Assembly: GCF_032191835.1 (NCBI RefSeq)
Contig: NC_083243.1
Location: forward strand, 80,042,001 to 80,106,000
Length of the DNA stretch: 64,000 nucleotides
Source: Heteronotia binoei
Taxonomy: Eukaryota
Direction: 5' to 3'
Position 1 is the first letter of the stretch, and every line of letters starts with the position of its first letter. Positions 24,032 to 36,295 of this stretch are shown here, in pieces. Both the position numbers and the translations under genes were made by a program. Below the pieces are notes generated by a model that saw nothing but the letters and a program-made list of their open reading frames with translations, searched no databases and had not been told where the DNA came from.

Positions 24032-24233
24032 TAGAGTTGCCAGTCTCCAGGTGGGGCCTAGAGATCTCCCGCTTTTGCAACTGATCTCCAGCTGGCAGAG
24101 ACCAGCTCCTCTGGAGAAAATGGCTGCTTTGAAAGGTGTACTCAATGGCATTGCACCATGCTAAGACTCCTCCCTCTCCTGGATCCATGCCCAAAGTCTC
24201 CAGGTATTTTCCAACGCAGACCTGGTAACCCTA
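24032..24233. mobile_element. Short hAT-type MITE
   Basis: TAGAGTTGCCA...TGGTAACCCTA TIRs. Confidence 0.7.
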
Positions 24234-24530
24234 GCACAGAGCATCAACCTGGCTTCCAGAATTAGCAATCGTTACTAAAAATATATTGGTAAACCATATG
24301 GGTTCTACAAAGTTTAGTGATAAGAAGCTGATATGGACCAGTCTGCACTCAAATTTGTGTGGTTCACACATGCGCTTTACAGTAAGTATTAAGACTGAGA
24401 TCACATGTGCATTATAAACCTTTCTGTATTTGATTTTAGATCACCTTTCCTGAATGGCCATCATTTGATTCAGAAAGTGGACATGTATATTTTAAAGGTG
24501 CTTTTCTGTTTTTCACAAATCTGAGAACAA

Positions 24531-24803
24531 GAGAGCCAGTTTGGTGTAGTGGTTAGGTGTGCTGATTCTTATCTGGGAGAACCAGATTTGATTTCCCACT
24601 CCTCCACTTGCACCTGCTGGAATGGCCTTGGGTTAGCCATAGCTCTGGCAGAGGTTGTCCTTGAAAGGGCAGCTGCTGTGAGAGCCCTCTCAGCCCCACC
24701 CACCTCATTGTGGGGGGAGAAGATATAGGAGATTGTGAGCCGCTCCAAGACTCTGAAGTTCGGAGTGGAGGGCAGGATATAAATCCAATATCTTCTTCTT
24801 CTT
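24531..24803 (+). mobile_element. Squam3-type SINE
   Basis: Full head GAGAGCCAGTTTGGTGTAGTGGTTA, body and TTC tail. Confidence 0.9.
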
Positions 24804-25254
24804 ATACCTGCACCTTTAGGGTATAATGGAGAACTGATCCATGGCTATCTGGGACTCTGGGGAGCTGATTTTTGAAGTAGAAGCACTACATTTTCAGCAT
24901 AGCATCTGATGCCACTCCTCAACCCCCCCCCCCCAAGTTTCAAAAAGATTGGACTAGGGGGTCCAATTCTATGAGCCCCAAAAGAAGGGACCCCATCCTC
25001 CATTATTTCCAATGAAGGGAAAGCATTTTAAAGGCGTATGGTCCCTTGATGGCCAGAACTCCCTTCATAATCCAATTGTGCTTGTCTCAACCTGGCTTCT
25101 GGCTTTATCCCCAAAGTTCCCAGATATTTGAGTCGGACCTGGCAACCCTATCAAAACAGCCCCTCATGGATCAAGCCTTTTCAGCATTTTTACGGACAAT
25201 ATGACACAGAGCTCTGTGCTGAATTGCCATCTCTCCAGTTATGTGCATTCTTTA

Positions 25255-25920
25255 CAAGACAGTAGTCAAAAGTGCCATCAAGTCACAGCTGACCCATGGT
25301 GACCCGTGACCCCATGGGATCCTCAAGGCAGGAGACATTCAGAAGTGCCATTGCCATTGCCTGGCAATTGCCGGCCTCCTAGGGTTGCCAAGTCCCCACC
25401 AGCTGCCAGCGGGGGACTTTTTTCATGCATATGGCATGATGATGTCATCTGAAAGTGACGTATTGTGCTGGGCACATCATGTGGGGACACTCTAGGAAAT
25501 CACTTTAAACTCTATGGTTTTGTGCAGGGACACTCTAGCAATTTGGGGGGGGGGTGAGAACTCTATGGTGCCATTGCTAGAACATCCCCTTGTGAAACCA
25601 TAGAGTTTTAAGTGATTTCCAAGAGCATCACTGCACAACATGCCTGGTGCAATGTGTCACTTCTGGGTGACATCACTGTGCAGTGGCAGGATTCTTCAAG
25701 GGGTGGGATCCTCCTGGCGGCCTCCTCATTGCTGGCAGGTTGGGGTCCATGAAACTGGGGGACTTCCTGCCTCCAGCAGGAACTTGGCAGCCCTGCTGCC
25801 TTCACATTACACCCCTGGTATTCCTAGGAGGTCTCCCATAAAAATACTATCCAGGAGCAACCCCACTTAACTTCTGAGATCTGATGAAATTGGACCAGCC
25901 TGGGCTATCTAGATTAGGGC
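25255..25920 (-). mobile_element. 5S rRNA-derived SINE interrupted by a hAT MITE
   Basis: The reverse complement of 25830-25910 (CAGATCTCAGAAGTTAAGTGGGGTTGCTCCTGGATAGTATTTTTATGGGAGAC) resembles the 5S internal control region. The tail ...GACTTGATGGCACT is Bov-B/Sauria-like. Confidence 0.7.
25380..25795. mobile_element. hAT MITE nested in the 5S-derived SINE
   Basis: TAGGGTTGCCAAG...CTTGGCAGCCCTG TIRs, with a diverged 8-bp TSD CGGCCTCC/CTGCCTTC. Confidence 0.75.
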
Positions 25921-27594
25921 TCTTTACAATGGAGAAGGCATGAATGGGGGGGATTCTACTGGGAAGGCTGCATGTCTTTGCACAGGGAAATCTAAAAGTG
26001 AAGCAACTCACTCCCCTCCCTCATCTGTTTGTGAACTGTATGTGAAATGCTATGTCCATTTCAAACTGTACCACTTTTTTTCTGGCACCAGAAGTAGCCA
26101 CCTCACTAATGTCAGGGCTTTTGATTTTTTTTAAATAAAAAACAGCACTAAACTATCATTATATCAAGATACTGCTGTGGTGATAGGGCTAGCAGGTCAC
26201 CTGCATTCTAAGCTTTCATTAAAAAATAAAAAAGCCTCTAGCTCCTCTCTTGTGGAGGTATAAAGAAAAGGACATCTCTACAAGGGAAGGAGACAGAGAT
26301 TTCTTTTAAAAAAGGAATCAAGGAGCAGAGAATCTACTTTTTTGTACATGCTTGTCTTATACGTCAATATAAAGTCTGCATTTTTAAAAAAATCCAAAAT
26401 AGAACCACTCTTCTTCAGGGCAGGGGGGAGGAAAGGGAGCAGTTTGACAATGATGACAATCCAGTCACCAAAAAGTGGGATGGAGGTGGGTGGGAGTGGA
26501 TGGGACAAAGAAAACTGCCAAACATTAACCACAAGGAAAAGGGTGACTCAAAACCGGCTTCCAGAAAATGATTGGGGTAGAAGTGGTCTCAGAAGAAACT
26601 GAAGGTAAAACTAAAGGCACAAAAATGCACGTGGAAATTAGGGATAAACCACAGCAGTGTGGGGCCTGAACCAACAAAAGAGAGGGGGGGGAGTCAGGAA
26701 AGCCACAAGTCTTCTCTTTTAGCTTTTCCAGCCACAGATAACTCTGGAATAAGCCCACCCACTTTTCATCCCAAATAATCTAAATCTAAACCAAATAATC
26801 TACATCTAAACCTTTTATTTTTCAGCCAGTTTCTAAAGTGTTGTTTTTGGCATGTAAGGGAGAAGTCAGAGGTTGTTAGGGTAATATCTTCATAACCATC
26901 TGTCATTCATTAAAGGCAGTTAACAACAGTGATGATGGCTTTAATTAAACTGCTTACAAACATACACATGCTTCAGTAACTCTAGAGTCAAAATGGCAGC
27001 AAACAAAACCAACAAAATAGCAGAGTAATTTAATCTGCTAAAATATGTAAACCTGATATTTTGCAGAAGAATTAACCAGATTCCCGCCTTTCTTGGTAAT
27101 GACCAACAAATGAAACATTTGAAGAGCTGACAATATGCTTATATTTAATTCTGTACTACTACATACTGCATTACTACATTCTGTACTACAAAATGTATAG
27201 TACACCAAGCCAGAACAGAATTAGAAGAAGGTGACACCAAGATTTAAAAATAAATGGGGGGGGGGGGAATTAGGCAGAGGAACAGAGAAATGAATGAGAA
27301 AAGCATGGGAAAGAGGGAAAGAAATTTAGGGAAAGAGCGGAAAAGGTTGTTTTATCTTGCTGTTACATATTAACTACTGCTTTGCAAAATCCAGTGCTCA
27401 AGAGAAAATTGTTATAGCTGCATCCATCACAGGATTACTTGCATGATCATTAATGAACTGTTCTAAGGATCTTATATTGCTATTAATTAAAGTGAACATG
27501 CAGGATAAAACAAAGAGAACAATGATTTGATAGGGTGTTCAGGAAATGCTATATCTACAGTGGTATTGACTTACTGTAGTTTTTTGGTCGTTTT

Positions 27595-27785
27595 TGTGTG
27601 TGTGCGCACACCTGGAAGTCATGGCAACCTCTGGTGACTGACCCCTACTGGGGACATAGAGGATATTCAAAGAGGTGGTTGAATAAATTCTGAACCTGCC
27701 TCCAGCTCTGGTATTCCAAGGAGGTTTCTCCTCTGAGTACTTGCCAGAGTCAATCCTGCTTAGCTTTTGAGATCTAATGAAATCC
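27595..27785 (-). mobile_element. 5S rRNA-derived SINE (second, older copy)
   Basis: The reverse complement AGATCTCAAAAGCTAAGCAGGATTGACTCTGGCAAGTACTC is 5S-like, with a (CA)n-type tail. Confidence 0.6.
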
Positions 27786-27804
27786 TCTTGTGGATTAACA
27801 GGAA

Positions 27805-29324
27805 ATAGTCAGTATAAATGGGCAGTTTTCACAGTGGACAGTGGTAAGCAATGGGGTGCCGCAAGGCTCAGTACTAGGTCCAGTGCTTTTTCACTTGTTC
27901 ATTAATGATTTGGAGTTGCAGTAAGCTGTGAAATGGCTAAGTTTGTGGAAAACACTAAATTGTTCAAGGTAGTATGAGCCAGGGAGGGCTGTGAGGCGCT
28001 CCAGAGGGATCTGTCGAGATTGAGCAAGTGGGCATCAGCATGGCAAATGAGGTTCAACATGGGCAAGTACAAATTACTGTACATTGGAGCCAAAAATCTA
28101 ACTATAAATACATGTTGATGGCATCTGGACTGGCAGAGATTGACTGGGAGAGAGATTTTGGAGTCATTGTAGATAATTCACTGAAAATTTCATCTCAGTG
28201 TATGGCTGCAATAAAAGGAACTTGTGAGCACTCAGTGAAATTAATGAGCAGTAGGTTTAGAAAATATAAAAGAGTAATTAACTTGTGGAATTCACTGCCA
28301 CAGGAAGTGGTGGCAGCTACAAGCATAGACAGCTTGAAGAGGGGATTGGATAAATATATGGAGCAGAGGTCCATCAGTGGCTATTAACCACAAGGTATAG
28401 ATAGAACACTATGGGCTTTTTCACACAGTCTATGTATTCCAGTATGGAAGCTGGTCAGTTACTGAACAGTAACGGGTTTCTGCTGGCATTTCAGACAGAC
28501 CCGATTCAGTAACTGGCTGCTACCGGAATACTCTCACCTTTTCACACACTCCCGCGGCTGTCCCGGTAGTGAGGCGTGCCTGAGTCGTTACAAACAAAGA
28601 GCAGCTTCTTCCACTTTTCAACCCCTCCTTCCGGGTTGAAATCGCTATGGGGTGCTGTGTGAAATGTCCAGTATCTAACCCGGGAGCAGTTTTTGCGCCC
28701 TTTTTCGCCTGCCGGCGCGCGTGATCTCCGGCTTTTTTTTTTTTTTTGGAACGTCGGGCTAAGATTGCTATAGCGACGTATCACAACAGCATCACCATAG
28801 GGATGCCTGGGCTCCATTAAGATGCCAGATATCGCTACCGCTGAAACCTGGTAACTTATCACAATAGAGCCTAGCCATCTCTATGGTGTTGCTGTTGTGA
28901 TACGTCGCTATTGCGCTATAGCGATCTTAGCCCGACGTTCCAAAAAAAAAAAAAAAGCCGGCAGGCAAAAACGGCTGGCGCTGGTGGAAGCGAGATAAGA
29001 GCGGAACAGTGTGAAATGGCTCGCTTCAATCACGGAACCCTACCGGAAAAAAAACAAACATGTGTCTGAAAACTCCCGTCCCTGTCTCGGATTACTGCAA
29101 GCGGCACAATACCGACTCCCTTCCGGTTTCCACTGGTAAGTGTGAAAAGGGCCTATGTCTGCAACAGTAATGCATTGGATTCTTGGTTCTTGGAGGGCAA
29201 CAGTGGGAGAGCTTCTAAAGTTCTGGCCCCATTAGTGGATCTCCTGATGGCACATGGGTTTTGGCCATGCTAGTGGACCTCCTGATGGCACCTGATCCAA
29301 CATAGCTTCTCTCATGTTCTTATC
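27805..29324 (+). mobile_element. CR1 LINE 3' part, internally deleted and split by a Harbinger MITE
   Basis: [15 protein letters not shown] motif, then RVINLWNSLPQEVVAATS...LDKYMEQRSISGY*. The 3'UTR resumes at 29154 and ends CTTCTCTCATGTTCTTAT. Confidence 0.9.
28413..29153. mobile_element. PIF/Harbinger-type MITE (741 bp, CpG-rich)
   Basis: TIRs GGGCTTTTTCACAC and GTGTGAAAAGGGCC, 3-bp TSD TAT, and a large internal inverted repeat (about 28730-28960). Confidence 0.85.
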
Positions 29325-30654
29325 CCATCCTCATCAGTGTAATAATTCCAAAGCACCTGCTACCAAAACAGTTCAGAATTTTATTGGAACATAGGCAAGG
29401 CCTGGTCTGGGCTCTGCTAGACCATAACCAGCAACCAAAGTAACTACTGAAATGTGAAACTAAACAAAGGCTTTTCTTTAAGGGATCATGTTAATTTATC
29501 TATATGTTATAATAAGAGAACATTATCAAATTCACAGCTCCCCACAATATAGCATATTCCATTTGTGTTTGCACATTTAGAAAAATGGAGAAGTTATTGT
29601 CTGCACACAGATGCAGATTGTGTGAATCAGACACAATAAACTGATTTCCTTTCTGCTCCCTAGAATGTGCCTAGCTAGTTGAAGGAGGTTATCAGGTAGT
29701 ATATTAACACACAATGACCTGTGAAGGTTATACTTCAGAGAAGAGATATCTGATGATGACAAATTATCTCTCTAGAGCAAGACCTTCTAGGCAGCCTCCA
29801 TGAAATTAACGTATTTCTCAGCACCTTAGGTTTTTTAACCATCTAAGCATGCAAGTAAGAGATGTAGTTTTGTGTTTGCACTACACAAAGCAAGTTAAGG
29901 CAAACATATGGCAAACAGAGCTGGAATATGGTGGCTAGGGACACTAAATTCAGTATTTCAAGCTTATAAGATTGCAAAAGCTTTTCTTTCTTGAATTTAT
30001 CAAACTCTGGAATACTGATTACTGTAGTTTTCCTTTCCAGCTGGGTTCTTCTGTTGATGTGTTATTTTATACTATGCCATATTTTATACTATGCCATATT
30101 TTCTTTATTTTATACTATGCCATATTTTCTTAGTATTTTAAATAATATTTTTGAGTTTGTTACCCTGGTCTTTTTCCAGAAAAGGGACCCAAAACCATTT
30201 ACAACAGAGTTTAAATATAGCAACCATACCAACTGCCATCCTAAGAAGACTTTCTTGGAAGTGAGCCCTGTTGAACACACCAGCTCAGGATCGCTCTCTA
30301 AAATGCATTCCAGAGCAGAATATGATCAATCACCTTTAACCTTCTGAGAAGACCCTCCTGAATACCTCAGTCTTAAAACCAAACTACACCTTACAAGTTA
30401 CTGTTAAATGGCAACTCCATTTAGGTGGACTGCCCAATTCTGATTGAGAGTATGGCATGGGGGAGCTGGGGCTCCTTCCCCTCCATGCCATTTCCCCCAC
30501 ACTGTTTTTTTTCAGAATATTCCACAGAGCTAGAACTACTGTAGGAAAGCACCAAGATTGTGCAGGATGATGGGTCAGTATGGAGGAATTTCTGAGGAGA
30601 TATGAGTATAACAATAATAAATAGAAGTAGAGGACACTTTGTTGCCTCATGGTG

Positions 30655-30870
30655 AGGCACTATCACCATGGGTGTATCTGGATATATGGACTCTGTTCTA
30701 AGATCCTATGTCATTGAGGCTCCTAGTTATGTATGTGACACCACAGATTTCTTGAGGAAAATAAATCTTTGAATAGCCTTCCAGAGAATACTATTTTGAC
30801 CACCATGGATGTGGAATCTCTGAACACCAGCATCCCACACAAATATGGATAGCAAGCTGTGAAGAAATGT
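30655..30870 (+). pseudogene. Penelope-like reverse transcriptase fragment (N-terminal RT motifs)
   Basis: GVSGYMDSVLRSY..PSYVCDTTDFLRKI / LPENTILTTMDVESLNTSIPH matches the PLE DVxSLYTNIPH motif. Confidence 0.75.
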
Positions 30871-31239
30871 ATTTTTCTTTGGAGGTTTGAAATAAGCAGA
30901 ACCTTCACTCTGAGTTTTTAAAGTCCCCCCACCCGCAGAAAACAGGCAGGAAGAGGGGAAGACAGTTCAATTGCTTTTCAGATTTACCTCAGCCCACTAG
31001 GGGTGTGCAAAAAAAAAAAATTGAAATTAATCGGATTCGGAAATATACGGGGCCAAAATATTTGGAATACTGTATATATCCAAATACCGGTATTCAGAAT
31101 AGCCGTATATACGGGAGATATACGGCTATTTCTGAATATACGGCCCCATTATACCCTATGGGCCACTGAAATCAATGGCAATATAGAATATATTGGAAGC
31201 TGCCTGAAGGGGAAGGGGGTTTGAAGGAGAGCCCACAAA

Positions 31240-31900
31240 TTTTCAGGGGACCTGCAGGGGACTCTCCCCTATGAACCCCCAAGTCCCAAAAAGATTGGGC
31301 CAGGGGTTCCCATCCCACCATTATACCCTATGGGCCATTGAACTCAATGGCAACATAGGTCATAATCAGAGGCTACTGGAGGGCAGGGGGTTTGAGGGAG
31401 AGCCCCCAAAACTGCATGGAACCCACAGGGGACTCTCCCCTACAAAGCCCCCAAGTCCCAAAAAAATTGGGCCAGGGGGTCCCTGTCTTTGGGCTCCCCA
31501 AAAGGCCCATTGCCACCAATGCTGGGGAAAGCCCAATTAGCCGCTTCCTCCACTATAATTGTGGGAAAAGTGGCTCTGGCCAGAGGGGATTGAGGGAGAG
31601 GCCCCAAAACTGCAGGGCAGCTTCAGGGGACTCCCCCACATGCAACCCCCCTGGCCCAAAAAGACTGCACCCATCTGTGGGCACCCCAAAAGGAACACTG
31701 TTCCCAATGGTGAGAAAAAAACCAATTAGAGCCACTTCCCCCACTATAATTATCATGGGAAAAGTGGCTCTGGGGAGCAGGGGGTTTTGAGGAAAGCCCC
31801 CCAAACTGCTGTGCAGCTTCAGGGCACTGTCCCACGCAAAACCCACAAGGCCCCAAAAAAATTCCTGGGGCACCCAAAACCAAACCTGACTTCACACCAG
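31240..31900. repeat. Diverged subterminal tandem repeats in the hAT element
   Basis: The GGGGACTCTCCCCTA...CCCAAAAAGATTGGGCCAGGGG unit recurs at about 31258, 31430 and 31626. Confidence 0.7.
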
Positions 31901-32876
31901 AGAATCTCTATAGGCCCCAAATGCACTACATCCATCTATCTACTCTATGAACCCTACTGGCCTGGAACCAATATAAACCCAGTTGCCACGCCACTGCCAC
32001 ACAAAACACAATCTGCTCATGGTCTGCTCTGCAGACCTGGCTGCAGCAAACCCAGATGCCAGCTCTCCAGCCCTGCCCCAAATAACGCGGGGAGAGCTGG
32101 CCAAGCACAACAGGCATGCTGGTTCTGAGTCTCTCACCCAGATGCCAGCTTCCCTGCCACAGAACATGCAATCTACAGATGCCAGCTCTCCAGCCCTGCC
32201 CCAAACAACACAACTTTCAAACAAGAGAAGTGGTGGACCACACCTAGCTCCACATCATCCTTTATCTGACACAAAGCAAGAAGCATTTAGACTTACCTTG
32301 AGTGATGGATGGTTGGTTGGTCCAGGCTCTTTTGCGTTACCCAGGGTACACCACGAGGAGACAAGCCAGAGTTGCACCCCAAATGAGGAAGATCACTGGG
32401 AGGGCCTCAGACTGTGTGAGAGGAAGAGAACCATTCCTTCTTTCTCAGCTCAGCAGCAACACACCTGCTATCACTGTTCCATTAGAGGGACATCAGCATT
32501 GGTATGGCTGCTGGCTGCCTGTCATCATCACTGGAAACTCCCTCTTTCTTCCTCCTGCCCCTGGAAAAAAACTGGGTTATCCTGGCTGGGCCTGTGGGTG
32601 CTGTTGGTTACAGTTGGGGGCTGCAATGGCCCTTTCAGTATTATTAGGCATGTGTGGATGAGGACTGGGCAAATTTGGATTGCTTTGCAGATTTTAAATC
32701 AGCATTCACTTTTGGTTTGGGGATGGATGAGGGGTGGGGGGGTGCACTGCCAATCAATTTGTGAGTGAGTTTTTGGGCTGTCTTTGGACTCTAGTGTATG
32801 TTTAGTGGGAGAGCGTTTTACAACCACTTTCCAAGCACGGACCAAGAGAGGATGCAGGCACAAGTGGGTGCCCACT

Positions 32877-35100
32877 TCATTCACTCTCAAATTCTACATT
32901 TGGGGAGCTGAACAGAGGCAAGTTGACCTTTAGGAAGACCAACTGCTCAACTGTCCAGGGTTGCAGGCAATTGCGATGTGGGCAGACAATGTTGTCCGTA
33001 TGTGAAAAGACGTGCTCGCTCTGCACGCTCATCAGTGGGCATGAGAGGAATGCCTGGGCCACAGTGGAGAGGGCCAGCCAGACAGCCTTCTTCACGACCC
33101 AGTAGTCCAAAGGAGATGTTTTCTGCAACTCATTGGGCTCTGAAAGATAGTCCCTCACCATTGCAGCAAACGTCTCCACTCTCAGGTGCCATCTCGGCAC
33201 TCTTCTTGGCGTGAGTCTGGTGGGAAACACTGTCCAGCAGGGGAGGTTGGGGATGAATAGCAGTGGAAGTGGCAGATGAACTACTTCCACCCCCTCCTCC
33301 TCAACTACCGGCACTGGGCCCGCCCTGACTCTGTAGCACTCAACCTTCTGGGAGAGCTCGTCTCGCCAGCAATCGAGCTCGTTGGCCCGCTTAGTGATTG
33401 TGGCCTTAAGGCGTGGGGCTAACATGGTTGCCATCATGTAGACCTTATCCTGGGTGAAAGTCTGAAAGCAGGCCTCAAGCCCATCCTGCAGCCTAACAAA
33501 CAGGGCGCGCACTGCTGGAAGAGTGTCTGCACGGCCTTGAGCTGGCACTAGAAATGAGGCCAGGTCCTCACGGGCCATGTGGACCATGGGGACAACCAGT
33601 GCGATGCTTGCCATATCAGATGAGAGCATTTCTGTGTGGGTCTTGAAGGGCCCAAGAACCTCCACAGTCTGAGAAATGACCACCCAATCCTCTTGGGTGA
33701 GACAGCTCTCATCCTGAAAGACCCTCATCTCAGAGACAAAGGCATCCAGGGCTGCTCTCTGCTCCACCATGCACTCCAGCAGGGCACAGGTGGAGTTCCA
33801 GTGTGCGCTGACGTCACCGATCAGGCGGTGTCCTGGCACGCCTGTCAGTGTCTGTTTCTCACACAGCAGATGCGAGTCCGTATTGCTGCATGAGAAACGA
33901 CCTGTGATGTGACACTTCTGGAGCAGAAGTCAGTACTCATGGGTCGCAGCTAGATACCGATGATCCTGGCTTTTCGTCTCACCCAATGCATCCTTAACCA
34001 CGAGGTGGAGAAGGTGGGCCCCGCAAGGAAGGCATTTTAGGCCCTAACACTGGACAGGTGCCTTGATGTTAGAGCCACCATCAGTCACCACGAAGCCCGT
34101 GGCGATATTCCTGCCATGAGATATAACTGCCATGAGAAGATGGCTCTGAGAGTGTTCACGGTGTGCGGTGCGTCGACTGCTTCGGCGTGCAGCAAGGCCC
34201 AGTGATAGCCAGCCTGGCGACTCTGACCCTGCCTGCTGCTACTGCCACCCCCCACCCTGCAGCTCACTGAGTTGCCACCAATGCACAGTCAGGGAGAGAT
34301 ACCCCTTGAATGTATGTTGGAGCTCCAGATATCTGAGGTGAAATGAACAGTCCCCCTGGCAGCGCAGGACAAATGCTCCTTCACCACAGATTTGGTCACC
34401 CTGAAAACAGATGGCACAATGGTCCTGCCAATGGTGGTTCTAGCAGGACCTTTGTATCAGGGCGCCAGGTACTCGAGCAACCCTAGCACCCCAGGATTCT
34501 CGACCACTGAAAATGGAAGCCCATGGATGACTGACCTGTCGAGGTTCCAGGCAATCACCCTCCTGCAGTACCTGATTCCCTGCCCTGTCACGGAACTCTC
34601 CTGGAGAGCTCTGGAGGTAGTCGTGTTGGGACGGACCTTCTGGCTGGGTGGTGTTGGCCACTTGGGCACCCCAGCACCAGCCTGATTCCTCCCCTTAAGA
34701 AGCACAGCCTGGTGGTGCTTCTGCAAGTGGTTCTGTATCCTCCCCCCCGGAGTCAGGTGGGCAGGGTCCTGCCCACGACTGATCCGGGCCCTGCACAGCT
34801 GGCACTGCACATAGGATGGATCCTCCATAAGTCAGAAATGCTTCCAGACTTCGGAGGTGTATGAATGCCCAAGCTGACCAGCAGCTTGGGTGTCTGGAGC
34901 CACCTCCTGTGAGGTGCTTAGGGCAGACACATCGTGTCTCGGGGTGGCAGGAGGGGCTGGCTGCCGGGGGGAAGTGGACAGAGGTGGAGGCACCTCGAAG
35001 AAGGGGGCTGGTCCTCCTCAACCAGCTTCTCCTCCAGGTCTTGCACAACACTCTGCACCCTCCTTGGGGTGATGGTTTTGGACAGAAAACTGTCCCCAAA
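32877..35100 (-). pseudogene. hAT (Ac/ZBED-like) transposase with stops and frameshifts
   Basis: BED finger TSEVWKHF*LMEDPSYVQCQLC...NHLQKHH; catalytic motifs VHFTSDIWS and VVTDGGSNIK; CxxH (PCGAHLLHLVV); C-terminal dimerisation domain PLDYW...LSCPLMSVQSEHVFS...VEQLVFLKVN. Confidence 0.9.
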
Positions 35101-36017
35101 GTTCAGGTTTGGGGGGAAACTGGGTCCTCCCCCTCCCCTCCACCCCTCTAGTCTTCTCCTTGGCCTTCTCCCCCAGGGCCCCTCTCCTGCTGCCTGTCAC
35201 TCATGTCACTCTTGGCCAGTCTTACACAACCTGAACTGAGAGTAGGGTTTTTTTTACAAACCTAACTCACTACACTGTACCCTGAACCAACAGGTGCCCT
35301 GACTTCTTTTTAAAAACCCTCCCACCAAAACTTGTTTGTTTGGTCCTAACCTGTCCTTCTTTGGGTTGGGGTAGTAGTAGTATGGTAAAGTTTAGGAGAC
35401 TAGGTGATCCTGCCTCTACCTGGCTACAGTTTTTAAAAGGCTACCTTGAGATGAAGGCAATTCTTATTATATCCTCCCAGTTAAACTCCTAACTAGATCC
35501 TGGGACAAACCGGATTTCCTTGCAAACTAGAAATATAACTAGAGAGGAGCTGTGGCTTGCCCTATGAAAATCTAAGGATGCACCGGCTTTCAGTGGCTGA
35601 AAGCAAGATGCACTGCAACCCTAGTCTCTTTAAAAGGGAACCTGATGTGGCCTAGTAGTCATGCTGTCTTTTATGATAAACCTAAAATCTTTTAAAATTG
35701 CCCCTATCTGGCCTAGTTGAATTTTGAAAGAAGATAAAGCCCTAAACTGGATTAATTTTTTTTTAAATTTCAAAAAACACAATCCCTAAAAACACCCTTA
35801 TTAGTGGGGCAGCCTATTTAGTGTCCCTAGGCAAACCGAAAGCACCCTCAGACTCCAAAAATAGCTCTATAAAAACATGAAAGTGACCCACCCCACACAG
35901 CCCACACACCAACTCCCTCACACCAACCAGAGGTAATTAAAAAAAAAAACGTGACAGAAAGAAACTTAACTTTTAACACCCTCCAAAAACACCAGAACCA
36001 GGAAAAAGGATAACAGG

Positions 36018-36295
36018 ACAGGATGCAAAATCAACAGCAATAGATCCAAACAAATCCAACTGAGAAAAGGCCAACAAATTCAGCTGTTAGCAAACTGAAC
36101 TTTTTAACAATAAAAAACCTCAGGCCAAATCAGTCAACACCCCCTCCCCGCGAAAAATAACACAAAACCAGAACCGGGAAAAGGGACAACAGGACAGGAT
36201 GCAAAACCAACAACAACAGACCCAAACAAATCCAACTGAGAAAAGACCAACAAACTCAACTGTTAAAAAACTGAACTTTTTAACAATAAAAATTA
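36018..36295. repeat. About 100-bp direct repeat pair in the hAT 5' region
   Basis: ACAGGACAGGATGCAAAA...CTGAACTTTTTAACAATAAAAA occurs at about 36014 and 36188. Confidence 0.8.

Noticed and set aside
25830-25910. 5S rRNA gene (also about 27720-27785)
   Set aside because: Partial and diverged, and fused to a SINE body.
32877-33839. Domesticated ZBED gene
   Set aside because: The transposase has an in-frame stop in the BED finger and frameshifts, the catalytic SER motif is altered (SEH), and TIRs are still present.
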